DNA of 64,000 bases from an uncultured virus (IMG/VR IMGVR_UViG_3300025635_000024) (IMGVR_UViG_3300025635_000024); one strand, 5' to 3'; shown: positions 26,560 to 36,779, counted from the stretch's first letter. Program-made: numbers and translations. Notes: a model not told the origin generated them from the letters alone.

Positions 26560-27149
26560 GTTGCGTACTCCCAGCGTCTTCTTACCATCCTGCGTCTGTT
26601 CAATCGCTCCTGCTGCATCCGGTAGGTTTCGCGCTTATGCGCTTCGTCCTGCTCCGCGATGATTTGCTTCCACATCTTTTCATACTTGCCCCACAAGTCG
26701 CCCAACTCGGGTGGGGCCTTGTAGACCATTGTCTCGCGTAATTCGGCGAGCATGGCGTCCAATCTTGACCGGATGATGACCCGGTTCAACGCCCGTTTCC
26801 CGATGGACTGGGTGCCGGTGTAGACCTCTTTGGCTTGCGCTTCCTCCATAAGGAAGGCTTTTCCGATCTCATCATAGGCATCCATCAACGCACCCAGATC
26901 GTTGCCAATCTGGAGAAACACATCGTTCGGATCGGCCCGGCCGATTTCCTGAACGCGCTGGACTTCCTCGTTGTACTGCTGTTTCTGTGCGTTGGTGGGG
27001 TTTGGTATCTTCTGGAACTGCGACTTCAGATCATCCAGTACATCCTTAACCTCGCCAGCGGCACCTTTAATGTCCTTGTAAAGCTGACACCCCTTCTTGA
27101 CTGCTGCAACCGCAGCATTTGCAGCCGCCAGTAGGGTGAGCGGGTCAAT
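26454..27149 (-). CDS. 231-aa coiled-coil membrane protein with inferred AUU start
   Basis: Frame is open 76 codons upstream of the called GTG, to ATT-GAC-CCG-CTC (IDPLTLLAAA); C-terminal TM. Confidence 0.65.
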   Translation of the reverse strand: MDPLTLLAAANAAVAAVKKGCQLYKDIKGAAGEVKDVLDDLKSQFQKIPNPTNAQKQQYNEEVQRVQEIGRADPNDVFLQIGNDLGALMDAYDEIGKAFLMEEAQAKEVYTGTQSIGKRALNRVIIRSRLDAMLAELRETMVYKAPPELGDLWGKYEKMWKQIIAEQDEAHKRETYRMQQERLNRRRMVRRRWEYATWFGAVFFVVVWLLAVLYLLRESLTYRLLSSYVWR

Positions 27150-27151
27150 TT

Positions 27152-29296
27152 TTACTCACCCACATCCATACCGCGATTACGTGCTTCTTCTAGTAATTGT
27201 TCTAGTGTAAGTTCTCTGCTTTCAACTACTGGTACTTCTGGCAATACTCGTTCCTCTACCGTTGTAGGTGTCGTTTCTGATGCGGCAACACCGCGTGTAC
27301 CGACCTGTATCAGCCCACGTTTAAGTGTATTCAAGGCCTCTAAAGCGCGGTCACCTTTGGTTTTGCCCCGTGCCAGATCCGTAATAAGTTTACGATTATT
27401 GGGATCAAAAATCACCTTGGAGAAGGCTTCTGGGCTGGCGATAACGTCGCGGGTAAACCCGACCAATTCACGCAGCAGCAGACTGGATTGCACGTTAGCG
27501 CCTGCGCCGCGCGTAGCGCCGAACACAGTGCCGCCGGATGGCCCACCAAGACCCATTGAGGCCTCTTTAGACATGACTTGCTGCAAATACTTAATGGCCA
27601 ATTGCGCGTCAGCCAGATCTGTTGGATTAGGGAACAGATCAGCCAGATCGCCTTTGCGCTGCAACGCGCGCAACGTCTGTTTAAGGCTGAACTGCGGGTC
27701 TAGTGCAGACGCGCCTTCTGCGCCCTGACGACCACGGCTCAACACATCGTCCATCTGCGCTCGACGCATGGTTTCCAATACCATGTTGACCTGTGGGTTA
27801 GGGTTATTTTGCATGACATCGATGAGGATAGCGCGCTGCGACGGTGGCATACGCTTCAATTTAGCCAGTACGTCTTCTGGCACCAACTGACTGACGTTTT
27901 GAACATCAAACGCTTTGGTCAATGGCCGGTTGGAGAATTCTTCGATGCGGTCAATATTGGCTGCAAAATTATCCCGTGCAGCCTTCAGTTTGTCTGCACC
28001 AGGGATATTGTTGTTAATCGCCTCGTCCAGTGACTCCTTAAAGCCGCGCAGCACCGACAATGCGATGCCTTTGGCTTTGCCAGGCGCGACATTCTCAAAA
28101 ATGTTGCCTTTACCAAAGTCAGCTTTGCCCGAATACGCAGCCTCACCCCAAACGGCTAGATTGTCTTGTAAACGACCGATACTGATTGGCTTATTAGACG
28201 GCGGACGAGCAGGCGTAACATTGACTGACGCAGGTTGGCCTGTCGGTCCTACGATAGATGATGGCGTAACCGATGCAGGCGCGCCGGGGTCCACATATTC
28301 ATCCAATATGTTCTGAAGCGATTGCTTTAGAGATGCAAATCCTGGCTCTTCAGGTGCGATGCCTGCCAATTGCGCTCTGACGCGGTCAACGATTGGCGTA
28401 GTATCTACCTGACCGCCAGAGGCCTTGGCGGCATTGAAGTCTTTTTTGGCATCCAACCGCAGCCGGGTAGACAGTGTCTTACCGTAATTCTTGAACGCGT
28501 CAACGATGCTGCCAGTGACCTGCTGCGCTTGCGCTGTAGTCACAGGCGCGCCAGCAGCACGGTCAAATAGGTTACTCAGGAACGATTCCACGTCCTTGGC
28601 CTGACCAATACGGAATTGCGAAGGCGCTTGGCCTGACGACGGCGCTGCCTCAACGCGGGCCTCGGTGGCTAACTGGTTGCGGAACAAGCTGGCTTCGCCG
28701 GGCGTGATACGACCTACGCGCAAGAGTTCGTTAACTTCGGCTTCGGTGGGATAAGTACCGCGAGGGCGGGTGATCATACCTTGTGTCGCGCCGTAGAGCG
28801 ACTTAGCCGCGTAAGGTGACAGCATCAGCCCCATCTGAACTAACGGACTCTCAGGCGCGATTTGTTGCGCAGCTAGTGATGTAGTACCTGCCGCGCCGAA
28901 CTCACCCGCCAAACCCGCAGGAGTGCGGCTAAACAGACCAGGCACGCCCATCAATGAAAAAGCGACGTTAGGAGCGCCGGCTTCGCCGAACTCGTATACG
29001 CCGCGATAACCGGGGATAGTCAGGATATCAACGCCAGTAAGATTCTTAATGCCGCGTGCTATGCCCGCGCCGGACAAAGCACTAGGGTCGCCTGACTTAA
29101 TTAAATAATCGTACAGATTGCCCCAGCCACCAACGATATTGATAATGCCTTTTACCGGACCTTTAAGTAATGACTCACCAGCTTTGACAAACTCATCAAA
29201 ACTAGACCCGCGCTCATCCATGACAGATTCAGTGCTAGTCACTAAACCGCGACGAGCGGCTTCAGCTTGCAATTCCTCTAGTGTCGGCTCGGCCAT
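27152..29296 (-). CDS. Internal virion / DNA ejection protein
   Basis: 714 aa, Ala/Gly-rich helical; last of three large genes after the tail module. Confidence 0.6.
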   Translation of the reverse strand: MAEPTLEELQAEAARRGLVTSTESVMDERGSSFDEFVKAGESLLKGPVKGIINIVGGWGNLYDYLIKSGDPSALSGAGIARGIKNLTGVDILTIPGYRGVYEFGEAGAPNVAFSLMGVPGLFSRTPAGLAGEFGAAGTTSLAAQQIAPESPLVQMGLMLSPYAAKSLYGATQGMITRPRGTYPTEAEVNELLRVGRITPGEASLFRNQLATEARVEAAPSSGQAPSQFRIGQAKDVESFLSNLFDRAAGAPVTTAQAQQVTGSIVDAFKNYGKTLSTRLRLDAKKDFNAAKASGGQVDTTPIVDRVRAQLAGIAPEEPGFASLKQSLQNILDEYVDPGAPASVTPSSIVGPTGQPASVNVTPARPPSNKPISIGRLQDNLAVWGEAAYSGKADFGKGNIFENVAPGKAKGIALSVLRGFKESLDEAINNNIPGADKLKAARDNFAANIDRIEEFSNRPLTKAFDVQNVSQLVPEDVLAKLKRMPPSQRAILIDVMQNNPNPQVNMVLETMRRAQMDDVLSRGRQGAEGASALDPQFSLKQTLRALQRKGDLADLFPNPTDLADAQLAIKYLQQVMSKEASMGLGGPSGGTVFGATRGAGANVQSSLLLRELVGFTRDVIASPEAFSKVIFDPNNRKLITDLARGKTKGDRALEALNTLKRGLIQVGTRGVAASETTPTTVEERVLPEVPVVESRELTLEQLLEEARNRGMDVGE

Positions 29297-29298
29297 GT

Positions 29299-31212
29299 CT
29301 ACTTACCTTTCCTGGCTTTTTCAATCGCTGCTTTTAACTCGTCATCCGTCATCGATCTCACAGTGCCCGGCGCCGGCGCATTAACAATAGGTATTTTTGG
29401 CCTAAAGCCTTTTAATCCGTCATTCTCTCTAGCGTAATCTTCAAGACGAATAGCTTCATCTATGATGAGCTGGTTCTTATTCACCATAAAGTTAATCAAC
29501 TGTTGACGCGCTTTACGGCTTGTCTCTAGTTGAGGAACCAACCCAGCGATAAACTTACGATCATCGTTAGAGAAACCTGCTCCAAGTTTTCCACCCAAAG
29601 TGGCCAAAATAAGGTCGCCAGATACTTTACTAAACGTTTGTGAGTTAGCTAACGTACCTGCGTCTTTATTGCTAACCAAACCAAGCGTATTGAGTAAGTT
29701 AACCGCGCCTATACGACCTTCAGCAAACGCGCCGCTAGTAACACCTTGCTGATCAAGGCGGGTAAGCTCGTTCAACGTATTAAGTGCAGCAATTGCGTTA
29801 TCACGATTAGCGCGAGCGGCTTCAACGTCTTTGGCGTCCAATCCGCCAAGCTTTTCTCTAAATGCTTTGACGCCAGGCGCTGATGAAGACGCGGTTGCAG
29901 TGACTTGCGATGTCATTCTATCTACATCAACATCAGATACTAATTTACGTACTTGCTCACCTTTCTCATTTTTTGAGTATACAAATTGTTGGTCTTTATT
30001 CTCATCAACATAAACAGTCTTTCCTTTATCTGTGCCAGATCTAACTTCGCCGACCACGGTAAGATTTGGCTTGTCTTTCCTGAGCTGCTGCTCCAGTACG
30101 GCCAACCTATCTTTGGCTTCCAAAACTTCAGGTGCGGAAGGATCTTTAGCGTCGCGTATTTGCTTACGTAACTTAACAATATTGTCAGCCACTACCAACG
30201 ATTCAAACTCTTTGCCGCCTTTACGATCGGTAGATTTATCGATAAGCATCTGCAGTGCCTTGGCTCTAGGATCATTTTCAAACCCTTTAGTGTCAGGACC
30301 ATATTTTGTTTGTATAGTAGAAAGTTCAGTTAAGTACCCTTCAAGACGCGTAACGTCATCGATAGTTGCTTTAGTTTCTGCTTGGTCAAGATATTTTTTA
30401 GTATTGCGCAATTCTTGTGCTTCAGGACTATCTCCCATATTTTGGGAGTCTAGTACCCTGAGTCGTTCGTCTATACGTGCGCGCTCTCTAGCAATAACAA
30501 GTTCTTTATGCTTACCCTTACCTGCACCATCACCTTCGCCATCACCTTCACCTGCGCCGCCTTTTAGTGGTGCCAATGACTGGATCAGACGGTCAATACT
30601 TTTAACCGCGTTCGAATCTACACCAAACTGAGCGACAGCTTCCTCGCGCTTAACATATAGATCTTGAAGTTGTGCGTATTTATCCTCGGCGCCGGGGCGG
30701 AGTGCCTTTTGAAGTCGTTGTATTTCAGCGTCTATAGGACCGCGTTCGTTTTCAGGCAGTTTAAGTCTATCTTCTGTCAACTTACGAATTCTTGCGGCAA
30801 TCTGTATATCTTGCGGGACTTTTTCCGTTTCACGCTGTTTGGTCAGCGCTATCTCGCTACCTTGCTTATTCATAAAGTCGGTCAACGACAAGGCCAACTC
30901 TTGGTCGCCCATTTGTGATGCGCGCTGAATACCAGCGGTCAAGGAAGCCATATCCGCCGGGTTGATCGACCGCATGATTTCTTCGCGTTGACGAATGCGT
31001 TGCAGCTGGGGATCTTGCACACCCAAGAGACCGCCCAATCCACGGGCTAACTGTTGTCCGCCCAAGAACATGCCGTAGACGGCTTGATCACGGGGGCTCA
31101 ACTGGGCAAAGTTAAATGCGCGCTGTTGTTCAGCGGCTTGCTGTTGCGCCAACTGCTGCGCCTGATATTGTTCAGGCGACACAAACAGACCTAAGATATC
31201 ACTGGTAGCCAT
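29299..31212 (-). CDS. Internal virion / DNA ejection protein
   Basis: 637 aa, Q-rich N-terminus, charged helical body. Confidence 0.6.
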   Translation of the reverse strand: MATSDILGLFVSPEQYQAQQLAQQQAAEQQRAFNFAQLSPRDQAVYGMFLGGQQLARGLGGLLGVQDPQLQRIRQREEIMRSINPADMASLTAGIQRASQMGDQELALSLTDFMNKQGSEIALTKQRETEKVPQDIQIAARIRKLTEDRLKLPENERGPIDAEIQRLQKALRPGAEDKYAQLQDLYVKREEAVAQFGVDSNAVKSIDRLIQSLAPLKGGAGEGDGEGDGAGKGKHKELVIARERARIDERLRVLDSQNMGDSPEAQELRNTKKYLDQAETKATIDDVTRLEGYLTELSTIQTKYGPDTKGFENDPRAKALQMLIDKSTDRKGGKEFESLVVADNIVKLRKQIRDAKDPSAPEVLEAKDRLAVLEQQLRKDKPNLTVVGEVRSGTDKGKTVYVDENKDQQFVYSKNEKGEQVRKLVSDVDVDRMTSQVTATASSSAPGVKAFREKLGGLDAKDVEAARANRDNAIAALNTLNELTRLDQQGVTSGAFAEGRIGAVNLLNTLGLVSNKDAGTLANSQTFSKVSGDLILATLGGKLGAGFSNDDRKFIAGLVPQLETSRKARQQLINFMVNKNQLIIDEAIRLEDYARENDGLKGFRPKIPIVNAPAPGTVRSMTDDELKAAIEKARKGK

Positions 31213-31221
31213 AACATATCC

Positions 31222-32328
31222 TTAATACGAGAAACTGTAGCCGCTAGTGCCTCGAGGAATAATTGCTGGATTTTGCCCAAATGACGGTAAATACATCATA
31301 GGGCTTGATTCAGCATACATAGTAGATTGCGCAGGCGTGCCGCCAAACATGCCTTTGGCCCAGTCATAAATCTGTGAACCCATTTGGCCTAATTGCGGGC
31401 TACTACCCAAACCTGATAACGCAGCAGACCACGGGTCAATTGAAGCCGCTTGCGTAGTGCGGGCTGCGCTTAATCCACCCGTCAATAACGACTGCCCTAC
31501 GTTGGCGCCTGCCGTAGCCGCGCGGCCACCCAACTGCGCACCAATATCCAGCGGCTGTTGGCCCAAGCTCTCGAGCGTCGAGACGCCGCCCAATGCCGTA
31601 GTAAATGGCGACAGCGCGCCGGTTACGCCTGACTCGTAGCCACCGTAGAGCCCGGCGCCTTGGCCAAACAGGCCGGTGCCAAACGCCAGTTGACGCTGGC
31701 CTTCCTGTTGCGCTTGAGCCGCCAGGGCAGCATCCTGCTGTGCTAAAGCGTTGTAGTACGCTTCCATCTCAGGATTGGCTGCTGCAAGACCGGGAGCACC
31801 GCTTGGGCGCATGCCAGTGCCGCCAACGGCCAAACCGCCACGGCCTGTCTGGTACAACTGGTTCTGCAGCTGAGCATATTGACGCTCCCGCGACGGCGCC
31901 AGCAAGTCAAGTTGGCGCTGCATGTACTTCTGCGCTACTTGCTCCGGTGTCTCAGCCAAATACTGGCCACCGAGCTGCATCAGACGGCCGCCAGCTTCGC
32001 GTAGAGGCGCGTAAGCTTCAGGTGCCATCTCGGCTTCGCCAAGCCGCTGTTCGGCCAGTGCTTGCAGACGGTCTTGATAGGCACGCAGTTGAGGGTCGAT
32101 CTGGTAACCAGCGCCAATCAGTCGGCCTTCAGGCCCAAACTGGAATTGGCTACGGCCAAACCGTGTCGTCACCCCAACTGGGCGGAAGCGCTGCTCTTCG
32201 GCAGCGAGTCGCGCAGCGCGCAGTTGCGCGTCAGCGGAAATTTGTGCGGCTCGTTTTTGGGCATCGCCGCCCATGATGCCGCCTAAAAGACTGGCGCCGC
32301 CGCCGATAAGAGCTGCCGTTATTGGCAT
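31222..32328 (-). CDS. DNA transfer / pilot protein (P22 gp7-like position)
   Basis: Gly/Ala/Gln-rich with a hydrophobic GGASLLGG N-terminus. Confidence 0.65.
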   Translation of the reverse strand: MPITAALIGGGASLLGGIMGGDAQKRAAQISADAQLRAARLAAEEQRFRPVGVTTRFGRSQFQFGPEGRLIGAGYQIDPQLRAYQDRLQALAEQRLGEAEMAPEAYAPLREAGGRLMQLGGQYLAETPEQVAQKYMQRQLDLLAPSRERQYAQLQNQLYQTGRGGLAVGGTGMRPSGAPGLAAANPEMEAYYNALAQQDAALAAQAQQEGQRQLAFGTGLFGQGAGLYGGYESGVTGALSPFTTALGGVSTLESLGQQPLDIGAQLGGRAATAGANVGQSLLTGGLSAARTTQAASIDPWSAALSGLGSSPQLGQMGSQIYDWAKGMFGGTPAQSTMYAESSPMMYLPSFGQNPAIIPRGTSGYSFSY

Positions 32329-32329
32329 G

Positions 32330-32653
32330 TTAGTACCCCTTTATGATGACTTCATCCACTTTAGCCGCGTCCTTCTCGTCCGTGGCGTGGATGCAATACC
32401 AAACACAATCTTCAATGGCTTTAACGCCGTGTACTACGTCCGCTTTAATTTCCAAACACGCCGGCGCAGAGATAATTTCAATTTCATCGCCGATCAATAC
32501 TGCTACCTTACCTCGAGCCAGAATCGACAAATGGCTAAAGTTATGCGTGTGTTTTAGAATTGCTTGTCCAGCTTCAACACGCATCTCTTTGGCATACAGA
32601 CCATCACTAAAATGATGAATGATCTGATGATCAGGTAAGGTTTCAACAATCAT
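32330..32653 (-). CDS. Cupin-fold protein
   Basis: HHFSDGLYAKE, HTHNFSH and H..KA motifs; start at the ATGA overlap. Confidence 0.7.
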   Translation of the reverse strand: MIVETLPDHQIIHHFSDGLYAKEMRVEAGQAILKHTHNFSHLSILARGKVAVLIGDEIEIISAPACLEIKADVVHGVKAIEDCVWYCIHATDEKDAAKVDEVIIKGY

Positions 32654-33348
32654 GCTGTCCGCTTCCACATATAGACCGTGATGTACGGCTGGTAGTTTGC
32701 GTTAGTGCCGCTTGAGCCTTCCGTTGAGAGGCTAGTAGCTACTGTAATGCCTGTTGTTACGGTAGAAGTTGATGGAGTTCCACCTACACCACCATTGCCT
32801 TGACCACCATCTATAAAAGCACCGTCATCAGTAGATTTATATGTAGTAACTGTATGACTATGACCAGAATCAGTTACGGTAGAAGTAGCCGTATGGGTAT
32901 GGCTAACTACAGAAGAATTAGCTGAACCACCCGTCTCTTCCGCTGTGTCAAATAATGAGTTGCCAGAATCAAAACCAACCATGACTCGACCAGCACCAAA
33001 CGCGGTCCATGTACCAAACCCCAACAACGTACCAGGGTTGGTACTGTTAGTAGCATTAGTGTAGATAGATCCTACAGGGTACAACGCTGCAAGAGCAGCC
33101 TGCACAAATGCCGTAGTAGCTAACGCAGTTGTGTTATTACCATAGGATTGCGTAGCTGCAGTAGTTCCAGTAGGCAGCGCAGGCGATCCTGTAAATATTG
33201 GACTAGCCAAATCAGCTTTAGTTGCGACAGCCGTGGCAATATTATTGAACTCGGTATCAATCTCCGTGCCCTTAACAATCTTCCCCGCGTTACCAGATGC
33301 CAATGCATCTTTAGCAGCAAAATCTGTACTTTTTGTGTAATTACTCAT
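32650..33348 (-). CDS. Short tail fibre / baseplate-collar-like protein
   Basis: YPVGSIY, GTW..FGAGRV.VG, N.QPYITVYMWKRTA motifs. Confidence 0.75.
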   Translation of the reverse strand: MSNYTKSTDFAAKDALASGNAGKIVKGTEIDTEFNNIATAVATKADLASPIFTGSPALPTGTTAATQSYGNNTTALATTAFVQAALAALYPVGSIYTNATNSTNPGTLLGFGTWTAFGAGRVMVGFDSGNSLFDTAEETGGSANSSVVSHTHTATSTVTDSGHSHTVTTYKSTDDGAFIDGGQGNGGVGGTPSTSTVTTGITVATSLSTEGSSGTNANYQPYITVYMWKRTA

Positions 33349-34904
33349 GACAGCCTTCCGTTTTTCGACTGAATTTCAATTTTCTGAATCGACAGCGCCG
33401 AAGAATTAATATCCGCCTCATAACCTGTTTGCACAATGCGACCAGACCCCGTGCCTTGTGCGTAAAGTGTTTGTAATGCAATACCATCGGCGTACTCCGC
33501 AAGAGGAACACCATTAGAACCATACTCTGCTATGCCGTACTCAGATACACTCTGCGTTGGGATTTGCGTGTTTTGCGACAAATAATTTTCGCTAAAATCG
33601 AAACACCATTTAATCGTCACATATTGATTCGTGCCGCCAATCACAATAACGCCAATGCGTTTCAATATAGACGTAACACTTTGGTCGCCCAAGTCGCTAT
33701 GGTTGGTGTAGTACTGAAAACGGTACTCAGCAGTGTCATCTAGATAGGTGCTGTACTTGCCAATGTAACCAGTCTGTCCCAGCAGCAAATCGCCATTACG
33801 GCGCGATAATAACGCCGATGGCGTAATCGACGTCCATACAGTAACTCTTGATGACCCATCAGGAAGATACCCGCGAGTATCAAATACATATACCGATTGA
33901 TTGCTAGGTAGTGTTAGCAAATAAAATGCATTTATTTCCGAGTACACGGCCTTGATGTTTGCCAATGTCTCGCCCGCAACAATACCCATAAAGTCATTAC
34001 GCACATTCTTGCTGATGTCGCGAAACGGTGCTGACTTTTCCTGAATCGTGCGCATTAACGACCGCACGCCGCTGTTGGACAGGAAGAAGACATCGGTCGC
34101 AGTGCCTTGGATTGAGTCGCGCGCGATGCAGCCAATGCCCACTACTGTATCGTTTAACGACATTGTGGCCGGCGCCGTTGCGCCTTGATATACCAATATC
34201 TGGCGCTTGCCGAAGATAATCAGGAAATTGTTGTGGGCTGCCAGGCCAACGATCTCGTCTGGTCCAGCAGGCCAAACGTTATTCACATTCAACGTGCCAG
34301 ACGTGCCGCCGGTATAGATATGCCCCGCCAGCAGATCCGAAAACGTCAATGTTTGCTTGTCAGATGCCGTATTAGCAATCCACAGACGACCGTATGCTGA
34401 GATGACGATATTGCCTGACGGCACCGTGCCTGCATAGCCTGTCTTCTCGCTCACACGGCGATACGTGGTGGTGCTGACCGCTGGATCGTAAATTAGCGGG
34501 TCATGGCCCGTCTGGAAGAAATAAGTAATGCCATTAAGCGAGGCGCACTGCCAGTTGTTGGCTGTGATCGTCGGGGCAGTACCCCCTCCCCCGTAGGTCA
34601 ACTCGACAACCGCATTGCTGCCATCAAGCTTAAAAATCTTGTTGTTGCCGGCAAACAGTACGGTGTATGTGCCGTCCGCTACTACCAGTTCATGAATGAC
34701 GCCGACGTCATTAGCGCCCAAGTTGCCAGAGCTGCTATTGACTTTAGACCAGCCTTTACGTGCGCCGACACGGCCGTATTGATCGATGACGCAGTTAGTT
34801 GCGACTAGCGCAAAACCAGCGTTCAAATCAAGCGGGGAATCTTGGGTATTCAGGCCATAAAAGCCTGGCGCCGAGATTGTATCGATGCGCAGTGGCTGGC
34901 TCAT
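33345..34904 (-). CDS. Phage B tail nozzle (tubular protein B-like)
   Basis: 519 aa beta-propeller-like, follows the adaptor gene. Confidence 0.7.
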   Translation of the reverse strand: MSQPLRIDTISAPGFYGLNTQDSPLDLNAGFALVATNCVIDQYGRVGARKGWSKVNSSSGNLGANDVGVIHELVVADGTYTVLFAGNNKIFKLDGSNAVVELTYGGGGTAPTITANNWQCASLNGITYFFQTGHDPLIYDPAVSTTTYRRVSEKTGYAGTVPSGNIVISAYGRLWIANTASDKQTLTFSDLLAGHIYTGGTSGTLNVNNVWPAGPDEIVGLAAHNNFLIIFGKRQILVYQGATAPATMSLNDTVVGIGCIARDSIQGTATDVFFLSNSGVRSLMRTIQEKSAPFRDISKNVRNDFMGIVAGETLANIKAVYSEINAFYLLTLPSNQSVYVFDTRGYLPDGSSRVTVWTSITPSALLSRRNGDLLLGQTGYIGKYSTYLDDTAEYRFQYYTNHSDLGDQSVTSILKRIGVIVIGGTNQYVTIKWCFDFSENYLSQNTQIPTQSVSEYGIAEYGSNGVPLAEYADGIALQTLYAQGTGSGRIVQTGYEADINSSALSIQKIEIQSKNGRLS

Positions 34905-35551
34905 GAAGCGTAAAACTCCTGCATTTCAGGAAAGCGAGTGGCTTCCAAAGCAATGTAGTCCGACAGCATGGTTTTGTACAGCGCGTAAGCCTCAGACGAA
35001 TTAAGACCGCCGTCCTCGCCGCGCTCAACCAGCGCTCTGGCGTAAGCATTCTGAGTCACCAATACATCTGGCACTAATACGGAAGTGGAGTCCGACGACA
35101 GCGTGGCTTGCGGCACCGACAGGAAAAACTTGATACTGTAGACACCGTTAGGGCGGCCCCACAATTGCACCTTGGCGTCGCCGTTGCCATCCACACCTTC
35201 AAAGCAATATTCCGTGGGGACTGCGGTAACCGTGGGTTGCAAATTTTGCTTGCGGCGCATGTCGCCTACAGGGATAACCTGCATAACGACGTTGCTGGTG
35301 GTGTTCAATGGATCGCTGGTAACACGGAATTTCTGCCCGGCGCCAGTCATGGAGTATTCATAAGTGCTTGCTGAAGTAGTGATCGTTATCTCTTGCCCAA
35401 GCGCATTCCAGTCGTAAGCATCCTCAATCTGACGCTTGGCGTCATTGACGAACTTGCCGATCAGGGAAGAGTAGGTAGTCAGGCCGACCGTTGTCACCTG
35501 CGTCTCTCGCAGGCGGGCCAAGACATCATTGACGAGTTCCAAGTAGGTCAT
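34901..35551 (-). CDS. Phage B head-tail adaptor (tubular protein A-like)
   Basis: MTYLELVNDVLARLRE N-terminus typical of podovirus adaptors. Confidence 0.7.
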   Translation of the reverse strand: MTYLELVNDVLARLRETQVTTVGLTTYSSLIGKFVNDAKRQIEDAYDWNALGQEITITTSASTYEYSMTGAGQKFRVTSDPLNTTSNVVMQVIPVGDMRRKQNLQPTVTAVPTEYCFEGVDGNGDAKVQLWGRPNGVYSIKFFLSVPQATLSSDSTSVLVPDVLVTQNAYARALVERGEDGGLNSSEAYALYKTMLSDYIALEATRFPEMQEFYAS

Positions 35552-35850
35552 TTGCTTTTCGCCTTATTCCTTGCGGATATAGCTTTAGCTTTTGCCTTTG
35601 CATCTGCCTTGGATGATGCCCCCCAAGCATTTAAAGACAGCAAGAGCCGAGTAGGCTGACCGTCTTTACGCTCGGGACCGGGCATATTGCCCATCCTGGC
35701 GAGAAAAGAAGCTCGTCGCGGGTTGTCGCCAGATTTTACCGGCGCTTTGAGGTTGCCCCCAGTTGCTGCATTATAAGACTCCCGGCCTTTGGCATTCAAG
35801 CCGCCCTTTGCATTTTGACCGGCCTTTCTTTGCCAAGCTGGAGTTTTCAT
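35548..35850 (-). CDS. Basic conserved phage protein (DUF6321-like)
   Basis: GGLNAKGR...RRASFLARM...LSL.AW; homologue at 53597..53881. Confidence 0.7.
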   Translation of the reverse strand: MKTPAWQRKAGQNAKGGLNAKGRESYNAATGGNLKAPVKSGDNPRRASFLARMGNMPGPERKDGQPTRLLLSLNAWGASSKADAKAKAKAISARNKAKSK

Positions 35851-36005
35851 TTCTTCCTCGCTGCCCTCAAGTTATCGACCATATTGGGATAGGGCCGTCC
35901 GGCGGCCTTTGCCATTCGTTTTGCCGCTGCCTTTTTGGCAGGCGCCAAGGGTTTGGACGGGCCTAACTTTTCAGGCCGCTTCTGCTCCCAGATTGGCTTT
36001 TTCAT
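35847..36005 (-). CDS. 52-aa Lys/Ala-rich basic protein
   Basis: Hand translation MKKPIWEQKRP...GRPYPNMVDNLRAARKK; ATGA overlaps. Confidence 0.65.
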   Translation of the reverse strand: MKKPIWEQKRPEKLGPSKPLAPAKKAAAKRMAKAAGRPYPNMVDNLRAARKK

Positions 36006-36166
36006 TTCTTGGCCTTTTTCTTGGCCATGCCAGCCTCAGACAGCGCAATGGCGATTGCCTGCTTTTTAGATGTAACGACAGAGCCGCCTTTGCCGGAATG
36101 CAAGGAACCTGCCTTGTATTCGTGCATGACCTTACCGACTTTCTTTTGGCCTTTGCTCATCTTCAT
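36002..36166 (-). CDS. Small basic protein (DUF6496-like)
   Basis: KVMHEYKAGSLHSG...KQAIAIALSEAG; homologue at 55103..55267. Confidence 0.7.
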   Translation of the reverse strand: MKMSKGQKKVGKVMHEYKAGSLHSGKGGSVVTSKKQAIAIALSEAGMAKKKAKK

Positions 36167-36168
36167 GA

Positions 36169-36576
36169 TCACTCCTTGGTGATAGGACCGCCTGATTTCC
36201 ACGCGTCGCAAGTACGATTCGACGCGCAAGTAAACTGGAACAAATCGCAGTAGCCAAGATCGGCAGCGGCTACAAACTGCTCATCGTAAGACAACTCATT
36301 CTTGCCTTCGTTTTTTTCCAAACCCCCAATGATGCACTGCATCATGGCTGGCGTCTGGATAAAAGCCGCGCAATTACCGCACCGCATGCCTTTTACCGTG
36401 GCCGTAGGAGCGTTATACATGGTGGCTTTTTTCATCCAAAAAGCCGTGTTTGCCTCATTCGGATTAGGTGGCCCATAACCATACTCTTTGAACGCATGGT
36501 TGCGGTTCTTCAGATTGACAGACACGTCCTGTGTTGCCACAGGGCATTGTTTGCCGGACAACAGGCCGGTTTTCAT
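36169..36576 (-). CDS. Cys-rich conserved phage protein
   Basis: YGPPNP, RCGNCAAF, GYC...F.CA..RTC.AW; homologue at 54481..54960. Confidence 0.7.
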   Translation of the reverse strand: MKTGLLSGKQCPVATQDVSVNLKNRNHAFKEYGYGPPNPNEANTAFWMKKATMYNAPTATVKGMRCGNCAAFIQTPAMMQCIIGGLEKNEGKNELSYDEQFVAAADLGYCDLFQFTCASNRTCDAWKSGGPITKE

Positions 36577-36779
36577 CTGAAAAATACCCGATCCATGATG
36601 AACGCCGCCGCACCACTAATGGCCGACACGATCGCCATGCCTACCCAAAAACCGCCTTTGGATTTATTGGCCATCTCCAGCAGTTTTTTAACGTCTTCGC
36701 GCAAGGCGTGCACCTCCACTTGGAGTGCTTCCACCTGGGCTTCGAGTTTTCCAAACTCGCGTGGGTCAATTTCCGACAT
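36573..36779 (-). CDS. Small coiled-coil + C-terminal TM protein
   Basis: 68 aa with a single terminal hydrophobic helix. Confidence 0.65.
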   Translation of the reverse strand: MSEIDPREFGKLEAQVEALQVEVHALREDVKKLLEMANKSKGGFWVGMAIVSAISGAAAFIMDRVFFR

